59,371 bases of DNA from the IMG/VR virus record IMGVR_UViG_3300048918_000104, positions 1 through 59,371 of that record; one strand, given 5' to 3'. Position 1 is the first letter of the stretch. Each line of letters begins with the position of its first letter. Made by a program: the position numbers and the translations under genes. The stretch is from a virus. Positions 17,247 through 25,400 of this stretch are shown here, piece after piece. Below the pieces are notes generated by a model. The model was not told the origin of the DNA. It was given only the letters and a program-made list of their open reading frames with translations, and did not search any database.

Positions 17247-17621
17247 ATGAACGAACTGGCGGCTGGCGGCAGCATGGGCTCGCTCAACCCGATTCAGGTC
17301 TACGCGGGCGACATCGATGTTGTGTCGCGCGGCGATACCTACGAAGGCGGGCAGACTATCGAACAGTACCGTCTGCTCGCGCGCAACGTGGCGGGCAATC
17401 TCATTCCGTGGGTGAAGGGCGCAAACGACACGACCGGCGTCATCGTCGGCATCGCGGCGCAACCGATCGTTACGGCAGCGAACACGCCTGCAAACGGTCC
17501 GACCTTCATCGGCGGGTTCTTCAATTTCGAGATTCTGGTGAAGCCTGCAGGAACGACTTTGCTCGATATCAAGAAGGCGCTGGACGGCCGCATCCTGCAA
17601 GTCGGGGTGCTGACCGGCTAA
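17247..17621 (+). CDS. Head decoration protein, gpD-like
   Basis: 124 aa between protease and capsid gene; GVIVGIAA ... GGFFNFE resembles lambda D core. Confidence 0.65.
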   Translation: MNELAAGGSMGSLNPIQVYAGDIDVVSRGDTYEGGQTIEQYRLLARNVAGNLIPWVKGANDTTGVIVGIAAQPIVTAANTPANGPTFIGGFFNFEILVKPAGTTLLDIKKALDGRILQVGVLTG

Positions 17622-17693
17622 CAAGCCGAGCAGTAACGGGCAGGCTCGTATATGCTGCCGTCCGGTTTAAAACCACACTTGGAGAAGTTTGAG

Positions 17694-18815
17694 ATGGAAT
17701 ACACAATTTACGATACCGCGACCCTGCTCGGAGTGCTGCAGGTACAGGAGACGTTCAAGCCGTTCTGGCTGGGCTTCTTCCCGAACGAAGTCCAGTCGGA
17801 TACCGACACGATCATGTTCGACGTGCTGCCGAAGGATCGTCGCCTCGCTCCGTTCGTCGCTCCGAACGTTCAAGGTCAGGTCATGCGTGATCGCGGCTAC
17901 ACCACGAAGGCGTTCAAGCCGGGCTACATCAAGCCGAAGCACGTCGTCGATCCGACCCGCGCCATCCCGCGCCGGGCCGGTGAGCAGTTGAACGGTAGCC
18001 TGACTCCGGGCGAGCGTTACGACGCAATCATCGCCGACAACTTGGCGCGCGAAAAGACGTTCATCGAACGTCGCTGGGAGTGGATGGCTGCTCGTGCAGT
18101 GATCGACGGCAAGGTTACGCTGGAAGGCGACAACTACCCGCTCGTGACGGTGGACTTCGGCCGCGATCCGAGCCTGACTGCGACCTTCACCGGCGCTGCG
18201 GCATGGGATCAATCGACCTCGGACCCCATCGACGACATCAACTATCACCGTCGTCTCGTGCAGTGGCTGTCCGGCACGTCCATCGACACGCTGGTCTTCG
18301 GCCCGGATGCATGGAAAGCCTTCTCGGAGAACGCGAAGGTGCAGGCCCTGCTGAACGCGTTCAATCGCGGTTCGAGCACGGACTACAACACCGCGTCGAT
18401 CAAGGGCGAGCCGTACGAGTACATGGGCAAGCTGTCGGGCAGCAACGGCATGGGTTCGCTCGATCTGTGGATGTACAGCGACACGTACGAAGCAGAAGAC
18501 GGCTCCGGTCAGTTGATTCCCTTCCTCGATAGCGGCACGGTCTGCGGCTTCGGCGCAGGCATCGGCGGCTACCGTATGTTCGGCTCGATCAAGGATCGCG
18601 GCGCGCGCCTGCAGTCCCTCTCGATGTTCCCGAAGATGTGGGACGAGGACGACCCCAGCACGACGTACACGATGACGCAATCGGCTCCGTTGATGGTCCC
18701 GACGAACCCGAACTGCTCGTTCACGCTGAAGGTTACGGCGTCGGTTCTGGCGTTCCCGAGCATCTTCGCTGGCTACCCCGGCGTGCTGACGCCTCCGGGT
18801 TACGTCGCGCCGTAA
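17694..18815 (+). CDS. Major capsid protein, lambda gpE family
   Basis: PGYIKPKH and MTQSAPLM match lambda E PGYVKPKH / MIQSAPLM; GGAGAA RBS before ATG 17694. Confidence 0.95.
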   Translation: MEYTIYDTATLLGVLQVQETFKPFWLGFFPNEVQSDTDTIMFDVLPKDRRLAPFVAPNVQGQVMRDRGYTTKAFKPGYIKPKHVVDPTRAIPRRAGEQLNGSLTPGERYDAIIADNLAREKTFIERRWEWMAARAVIDGKVTLEGDNYPLVTVDFGRDPSLTATFTGAAAWDQSTSDPIDDINYHRRLVQWLSGTSIDTLVFGPDAWKAFSENAKVQALLNAFNRGSSTDYNTASIKGEPYEYMGKLSGSNGMGSLDLWMYSDTYEAEDGSGQLIPFLDSGTVCGFGAGIGGYRMFGSIKDRGARLQSLSMFPKMWDEDDPSTTYTMTQSAPLMVPTNPNCSFTLKVTASVLAFPSIFAGYPGVLTPPGYVAP

Positions 18816-18823
18816 GCTGGGCT

Positions 18824-18836
18824 GGAAGTAACTTCC
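18824..18836. repeat. Palindrome, exact copy
   Basis: GGAAGTAACTTCC, 8 nt after the capsid stop codon. Confidence 0.9.
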
Positions 18837-18854
18837 GGGGCCTTCGGGCCTCGG
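18835..18854 (+). other. GC stem-loop after the capsid gene (no U-tract)
   Basis: CCGGGGCC-TTCG-GGCCTCGG, 5' arm overlaps the last CC of palindrome 18824..18836. Confidence 0.5.
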
Positions 18855-18890
18855 TCCGTATCAAGACGATAGACATCAAGGAGCAATAAC

Positions 18891-19292
18891 ATGCCACTCC
18901 GTACCGCAGTTCACACCCTCACCGTCGCTCGCGGCGAACCGAAAGAGAAGATCGAGATTTTCAACGGCACGCCGCTGAAGCGCAATCTCGCGCCGCTGGT
19001 CCGCATCAAGCCGGGCTTCGTGATCGATCTGACGCAGGAAGAACTCGACTACCTGAACCGCGAAGCTCCGGACTCGATCCGCAAGCCGAAGCCGGAAGAA
19101 CTGGAAGCCTACAAGGCGGCTGGCGGCAAGGGCGACGAGTCGAAGGCCGCAACGCCGACCGACGCCGAGCGCGCTGCCGCCGAAGCTGAAGCCGCGAAGG
19201 CTCAAGGAAAGGCCGAAGCTGGCGACGCCAACAGCAAGGGCAAGACCGACCCGAAGACATCGGGCGCGGCGAGCGACACTGACGGCCTGTAA
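18891..19292 (+). CDS. Hypothetical head-associated protein
   Basis: AAGGAG RBS; 133 aa with Lys/Glu/Ala-rich C-terminal half. Confidence 0.7.
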   Translation: MPLRTAVHTLTVARGEPKEKIEIFNGTPLKRNLAPLVRIKPGFVIDLTQEELDYLNREAPDSIRKPKPEELEAYKAAGGKGDESKAATPTDAERAAAEAEAAKAQGKAEAGDANSKGKTDPKTSGAASDTDGL

Positions 19293-19298
19293 TCCGTC

Positions 19299-19652
19299 AT
19301 GGCGTTCGATTGGGCCGCAACCAAGGCATCCCTGCGGCAGACCGTCCATGACGTGCTGCAGGTAAGCGCCACTGTGGTTGTTGCTCCGGGGCAGGACGCC
19401 CAGGGCATCTCGGTCCGCTGGCATGACAAGATCAACCGGTTCGGAAACCTCGACAATGCGGGATGGGCGCAGACGGTCGAGGGGATCGACCGGTTGATTT
19501 TTAACCGGCCGGAGCTTGAAGCAAAGGGCATCACCCTCTCAAGCAACAGCGTCGTCACTCTCGACGCGGCAGGCGACAAGTTTCAGCTTGACGTGAAGGA
19601 GCCGCCTAACGGACCCGTCGAAGAAGTTTGGGTTGTGATGAGGATCAGATGA
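19299..19652 (+). CDS. Putative head-tail connector protein
   Basis: 117 aa, position only. Confidence 0.5.
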   Translation: MAFDWAATKASLRQTVHDVLQVSATVVVAPGQDAQGISVRWHDKINRFGNLDNAGWAQTVEGIDRLIFNRPELEAKGITLSSNSVVTLDAAGDKFQLDVKEPPNGPVEEVWVVMRIR

Positions 19653-20272
19653 GCGTAACCGTAACTGCCGATGCGCTGGCTAACCTGTCGGACTACATCG
19701 ACCGGCTTCCCGGCGTAGCCCGGCAGGCGGCCCGCCTCGCAATCAATCAGGTAGCAACGCGCTCCGGCATGAAGCGCATCTCGGATGCGATCTACGATCA
19801 GGTCGCCTTCCCTACCAACTACCTCGCACAGAACGACCGCCTCGCCGTCACGCAGCGCGCGACCGACGACAACCTTGAGGCCGTCATCACCGGCCGCTTC
19901 CGGCCGACCAGCCTCGCCCGCTTCATGAACCCCGGCCAGACGCAACAGACGGCCCGGATGGGCGGCGTATCGGTTCAGGTGAAGCCCGGTCATAGCATCA
20001 ACATGAAGAACGCTTTCCTCGTGAAGCTGCGGCAAGGCGCGCAGTTGACCGAGACTCAGTTCAACATGGGCCTCGCTATCCGCGTCAAGCCCGGCGAGAC
20101 CGTTCGCAACCGGCACGACGGTAGCGCGTATCAAATCTTCCCTAACGTTTTCCTGCTGTACGGACCCTCGGTCAACCAGGTGTTCCGGGGCGTCATCGAC
20201 GAAGTGGGCGCAGATATCGCCGACGACGTGGGTGACGAGTTCCTGCGGCAGTTCACTCGACTGAGCGACTGA
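19649..20272 (+). CDS. Putative head-tail adaptor/tail completion protein
   Basis: ATGA-coupled start at 19649; position between head and tail tube genes. Confidence 0.55.
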   Translation: MSVTVTADALANLSDYIDRLPGVARQAARLAINQVATRSGMKRISDAIYDQVAFPTNYLAQNDRLAVTQRATDDNLEAVITGRFRPTSLARFMNPGQTQQTARMGGVSVQVKPGHSINMKNAFLVKLRQGAQLTETQFNMGLAIRVKPGETVRNRHDGSAYQIFPNVFLLYGPSVNQVFRGVIDEVGADIADDVGDEFLRQFTRLSD

Positions 20273-20814
20273 TGACAATTCCAGCAGCCAACCAGCTACC
20301 GCGACGCCTCGCTATCCTGAAGGCGCTCACGGCGCACCTACAGGGCATCACACCGGCCAACGGCTACCCGTTCGACCTCTCGGCCTCAGTGTTCCGGGGG
20401 AAGACCGTCTACAGCCCGGATAGCTCGCCGCTGCCGATGCTATCGATCCTCGAAAGCGGTCGGCCCGACAGCGGGCTCTTCGCCGGTTCCGGCAAGCATG
20501 CATACGCCGAGACATGGGACCTGCTGCTACAGGGTTTCTCACAGAACGACCCGAACAATCCGACCGACTCCGCGCACTGGCTTTTTGCAGCCGTGCAGGA
20601 GCGACTCGTCGCGGTCATCGCGCAGAACCCGCACACCGGACAGGGCGTCGATCCGGTCGCATTCCGCCTCGGCGGGCTGATTGCAGACCTTCTTATCGGC
20701 CCTCCGGTGGTGCGACCGCCCGACAATCAGGTATCATCGACGGCGTTTTTCTACCTGCCCTTGAGGGCGGTATTTCAAACCGACAATACTCAGCCCTACG
20801 TTACGGTCGAGTGA
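20272..20814 (+). CDS. Putative tail terminator/completion protein
   Basis: 180 aa, start overlaps upstream stop, position only. Confidence 0.5.
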   Translation: MTIPAANQLPRRLAILKALTAHLQGITPANGYPFDLSASVFRGKTVYSPDSSPLPMLSILESGRPDSGLFAGSGKHAYAETWDLLLQGFSQNDPNNPTDSAHWLFAAVQERLVAVIAQNPHTGQGVDPVAFRLGGLIADLLIGPPVVRPPDNQVSSTAFFYLPLRAVFQTDNTQPYVTVE

Positions 20815-20847
20815 GTCGTTTTACTTCATCAACCTTGAGAGGCGAAT

Positions 20848-21612
20848 ATGGATCAGCAAATCGATGATCTCGTCGTCGGCCGTGGCCGACTGTACTTCAA
20901 TGCATTTCTGACCGGCACGACGACGCCGACCGCCGAGAAGTTCTTCGGCAACGTGCCGAGCGTCCAGCTTGCGCAGCAGAACACGCAGCTTGACCACTAT
21001 TCGAGCAAGTCCGGCCTGAAGGTCAAGGACCGCACCGTGACGCTGCAGAACGATCACACGATCACGTTCACGTCGGACAACATGGATGTCGATAACCTCG
21101 CGCTGTGGTTCCTCGGCCAGACGACCAAGGAGACCACGGCATCGGGTACTCCGGCGACGCAGGACTGGCCTGCAGTGCTGGGCTCATACTTCCAGATGGG
21201 CGTCGATGCCGATCACCCGCAAGGTCTGCGCAACGTCACCAACGTGACCGTCAAGAAGGGCGCTGTCGATGTGGTGGCGCTGAACAACTACGAGATCGAC
21301 CTCGCGGGCGGCCGGATTTACTTCGAGTCGGATGCGCCGGATATTGATGAAGCCGACGTGCTGACTATCGGCTGGACGGAAGGCAACGGTTCGCGCGTGT
21401 TTGTCATCGACCAGGGCATCCAGATTTTCGGTCAACTCCGGTTCATGTCCGACAACCCGGTCGGCTCGAACAAGGATTACTTCTGGCCGTACGTGCAGCT
21501 TTCGGCAAGCGGCAATCTGGACCTGATCGGCGATACGTGGCAAACCGCGCAGTGGGCCGCAAGCGTGCTGAAGCTGGGCAACCAGCCGCGCTACATCGTC
21601 ACGCAGCGGTAA
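20848..21612 (+). CDS. Major tail (tube) protein
   Basis: 254 aa directly upstream of G/GT chaperone and tape measure; followed by terminator. Confidence 0.6.
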   Translation: MDQQIDDLVVGRGRLYFNAFLTGTTTPTAEKFFGNVPSVQLAQQNTQLDHYSSKSGLKVKDRTVTLQNDHTITFTSDNMDVDNLALWFLGQTTKETTASGTPATQDWPAVLGSYFQMGVDADHPQGLRNVTNVTVKKGAVDVVALNNYEIDLAGGRIYFESDAPDIDEADVLTIGWTEGNGSRVFVIDQGIQIFGQLRFMSDNPVGSNKDYFWPYVQLSASGNLDLIGDTWQTAQWAASVLKLGNQPRYIVTQR

Positions 21613-21635
21613 GCGTTTTTGGTAGGTGATCGACC

Positions 21636-21668
21636 GGCCGTCGAGCAGCAGTGTTCGGCGGCCTTTTT
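21636..21668 (+). terminator. Rho-independent terminator after tail tube gene
   Basis: GGCCGTCGA ... TCGGCGGCC stem (one G-U) followed by TTTTT. Confidence 0.6.
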
Positions 21669-21678
21669 AATAACGATT

Positions 21679-21691
21679 GGAAGGAACTTCC
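21679..21691. repeat. Palindrome, exact copy
   Basis: GGAAGGAACTTCC between terminator 21636..21668 and ATG 21695. Confidence 0.9.
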
Positions 21692-21694
21692 AGC

Positions 21695-22177
21695 ATGAAA
21701 CTCTCAGACTACACTCCAGAAGTTACGAAGGTCCCGCTCGGCAAGCAGGGGCACTTCGAGGTACGCGGCCTGTCGTTCATCGACATCACCGCAATGATGC
21801 GGACACATCAAGCCGACATGGAAGTGATCTTCAAGATGTACGAGGACGCGGCCAACGAGGCGAAGACCAACAAGGACAATCTCGGGGATGCGCTCATCCT
21901 GAAACTGCTCACCGAAGCGCCCCTGCTCGCGGCCGAGATTATCCGCATCGCCTCCGGCGATCTGGAAGCAACTTCCACACAGGTTCGGCTGCTGCCATTC
22001 CCGACTCAGGCGCTTGCACTCGTGGCGATCCTGAAGCTCACGTTCGAAGAGGTAGGCGGCGTAAAAAACTTCCTCGGGGCCTTGATGCCGATGATCTCGC
22101 AGATCGGCGTAAAGGTCCCGCCCGAACTGACAGACGCCCTGATGAAGCGAGCAGCACAGATCAGCGCAGCAAACTGA
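21695..22177 (+). CDS. Tail assembly chaperone (G-like)
   Basis: 160 aa acidic protein directly before tape measure; ATG 21695 chosen over TTG 21677. Confidence 0.7.
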   Translation: MKLSDYTPEVTKVPLGKQGHFEVRGLSFIDITAMMRTHQADMEVIFKMYEDAANEAKTNKDNLGDALILKLLTEAPLLAAEIIRIASGDLEATSTQVRLLPFPTQALALVAILKLTFEEVGGVKNFLGALMPMISQIGVKVPPELTDALMKRAAQISAAN

Positions 22178-22419
22178 TCCGGTATTACCACGGCCTGCGA
22201 GCCGACGTGTCCCTTCTGCTTTCGGAAGGGCATCCAGAAGCCCGGCACTACTCCCTCGCGCATCTTTGGTCAGAGGTCCGGTTAGTGCGGCGACGTATCA
22301 ACGGCAAGACGAAACTGGAAGCATTGATCCTCCAGACAGTCGCTATGTCGGTCCTCGACAGCAAGGCGGGGGGTAGAATGCTCCGCAAATTGCTCAAGAG
22401 GCTCGACTACGATGACTGA
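21695..22419 (+). CDS. Tail assembly chaperone frameshift product (GT-like, -1 shift at 22063..22069)
   Basis: -1 frame stays open from the slippery site to 22419, overlapping the tape-measure start, the classical G/GT geometry. Confidence 0.5.
21964..21976. repeat. Palindrome, exact copy
   Basis: GGAAGCAACTTCC inside the chaperone CDS (L-E-A-T-S). Confidence 0.85.
22063..22069 (+). other. Candidate -1 programmed frameshift heptamer A_AAA_AAC
   Basis: In zero frame GTA AAA AAC; -1 frame reads K K L P R G L D... as in ORF 21619..22419. Confidence 0.5.
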
Positions 22420-25400
22420 CCGCAAAGACGTAGAACTACTCATCCGCGCAACCGATCAAAGCAAGTCAACGCTGCAGTCGGTTGCAGGAAGTGTCAACAG
22501 CATCACCGATGCGCTGAAGAAGCAGATCGACGCCGCCTCGAAAGGGGACGGCGCGATTGACCAGCTAAAGGCATCGCTGAATGATCTCAAGAAGGCCGGA
22601 GACGAACTCATTCGTCAGCAGGGCCTTATCGATACCTACCAGAAGCAGAACGACCAGCTTGAGCGCCTGCAGCAGAAGGCGAACGCTACGGCCAGCGCAT
22701 TCACGCTGTTCAAGAACGAACTGTCGTCGGTAGAGAACGTCACGAAGACCCAGCAATCGGCGCTCGACCGGCTTGAGCAGTCGATGAACCGCGCCGAGAC
22801 GGCAGTCGCAAAGCAGGAGAATACCCTCGCCGCGACGACCGAGAAGCTGGCTGCGGCAGGCATCTATACGAACGAACTGGCGCAGGCTCAGAAGTTACTT
22901 CTAACCAACGCGCAGCAGGTCGGTGTGACGATGGCCGCCGCCAGCGAGTCGGTCAGCGCATACGCCGCTAATCTTCGGGCGGCTAAAGAGGCAGCACAGC
23001 AGCAGGCGGAAGTTACGGCTCTGCAGGTTCAGGCGCGCGAGGCGGAAGCGAAGGCTACGCGTGAGGCCGCCGAGTTCGAGCAGCAGTATCAGGCGATGCT
23101 GAAGCAGCAACAGGGCGCGCAGTACGTCGCTGATCTGACGAAGGCTCTCGAAGCCCGAGAAGCGGCAGAGCGCGCAGTCGCAGAAGCCACGAAGCAGCGC
23201 GAAGCCGCCGACGCTCAAGCAACGGCAGCGTCTGAGCGCGCCGCGAAGGCAGAGCAGGAACAGGCCGCTGCGTTCGAGCGCCAGCATCAGGCGGCGAAGC
23301 AGATGGTTCAGGATGCCGAGTACGTGAAGCTGTTCTCGGAGACGCTCGACATCGCCGATGCGCAGGAGACCGCGCTCGGCATGAACAAGGCGTTTGATGA
23401 GAAGGCGGCCCGCGACCTCGCTGCGTTCCGTAAGCTGGCTGACGCAGCGACGATGGCCGCGAACGGCTACAAGACTTTCGGTCAGGCTTCGGATGAGGCT
23501 GGCGGCGTCGGCGCGTCCCTGAAGGCGATCACGGACCCGGCAGAGGCGGCTCGCTCTACCCTCGCCGGGCTCGAACAGCAGGTCAACAGTCTTTCTCAGG
23601 TCGCGGCCAGCACGTCAGGCCCGGTCAAGCAATACAGCGAGACCGTCAAACAGCTTCAGGCGGCCATGAAGGCGACTGTCAATACCGGAGAGGCTATCGA
23701 TGCCTTCCGGGGGCAGGTAGCGGCTGTCAACGCGGCGCGGGCAGCATTCAAGCAGGCGCAGGCAGATGTCCTGAAGTATTCCGAGGCGATCAAGGCGGCC
23801 GACGCTCCAGATCAGGCGCTCGCTGAGGGGCTCAAGCGGGCTCAGTCAGCCCTGCAGGGCGCACAGCGCGACATGCAGAAGACCGTCGAGACCGCACGCG
23901 AGCTTCAGGCTGCCCTGCAGGCGGCGGGCGTAGCAACGAACCAACTCGACGCCGAGGAAGCCCGGCTCGCGACCGTAGCCCGCACGGCGACCGGCGCGCT
24001 CAACCAGTTGAACTCAGCCTATCGAGAGCATGGCAGCGCGGCCGACGCATCGACGAAGAGCATCAAACTGTTCGGCGAAGGCCAGCGCGAGTCGCTGTCG
24101 CTCTTCCAGCGTCTGCGCGGCGAGGTCCTCGGGCTGGCTGCGGCGTACATCGGTATTCAAGGCGCAATCGGCCTAGCAGGGTCAGCCCTGACGGCGTTCG
24201 TCGATAAGCAGGCTGTCGAGAACCGCCTCGGTGTGGTGCTGGGCGGTCCCGACCCGAAGGCCATCGCTGCTGAGTACTCGTACCTGCACGATCAGGCTGA
24301 ACGGCTCGGTATCGGCATCAAGGAACTGGCCGACTCATACTCGAAGTTCGCCCTCGCCTCGAAGAACGCCAACCTGAATCTCGATCAGACGAAGTACGCG
24401 TTCGAGAGGATCACCGAAGCGATGCGCGTCAACCACTCAAGCACTGACGCGATCAACGGCGCGTTCAACCAGCTTGAGCAGATGCTGTCGAAGAACAAGG
24501 TGCAGATGGACGACCTGCGGCAAGCCTCGAACTGGATTCCCGGTCTCGAAGGCATGCTCGCGCGCGGGCTTGGCATGGTCAGCGTCAAGCAGTTGTTCGA
24601 CGGCATGCAGAAGGGAGCTATCGATGCGAAGACCGCTATCCTCGGTCTCGCGCAGGAGATGGAGCGCACCTACGCAAAGCAGCTTCCCGACTCGCTGAAG
24701 TCCCTGCAGGCGGAACAGGGTCGCTTCACGACTAGCCTGAACGACTTCCAGCGCACCATTGCAGAAAGCGGCTTCGCCAATGCGTACATCAGCCTGCTCC
24801 AGAAGCTGAACTCGTTCTTCGAAGGAGCTGAGGGCAAGAACTACGCGAGGCAACTCTCGGACGCATTCAGTGGCGTCGTGTCTGTGCTGAAGGTTCTCGT
24901 CGATAACGCCGGGCTCCTGCAGACAGCGATCACGGCATGGGTCGAGACGAAGGCGATCTCATGGGCTATCGGCCTCGTGTCGGGCCTGCAGGACATGGTT
25001 AAGGCATCGGCCGAAGCGGCAGCACAGCAGGCAGCGCTCGCAGCGGCTCAAGCGGAGGCAGGCGCGTCGGCTACTGCCGCTGCTGCGTCCAACGACATGA
25101 ACACTGCGGCGATGAACGCTTCAACCACGTCGGCTAAAGCGCTCGTGACTGCGCTCGGCTACGTGAAGGGCGCGCTCTTCGGTATTCAGGCGTTCGTGAT
25201 CGGCTGGGATATCGGCAAGGCACTCGACGACAAGTTCGCCAGCGTCCATAAGTTCTCATCGCTCGTGGTCGAAGAGTTCGCCTATGCATGGGATATGGTC
25301 AAGCTGGGCTTCTCGACGATGGTCGATGGACTCATCAGCAAGGCCGCCACGCTCCCGGCCCGGATCGGCAACGCTATCAAGGAACTGGCGGCCAGCACAC

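Noticed and set aside
17660-17680. GGTTTAAAACCACAC upstream of the capsid gene, resembling the promoter-associated GGTTAAACCACAC at 46915-46929
   Set aside because: No TTGACA-like -35 or -10 hexamers are in register, so I could not support it as a promoter. It may be chance or a remnant.
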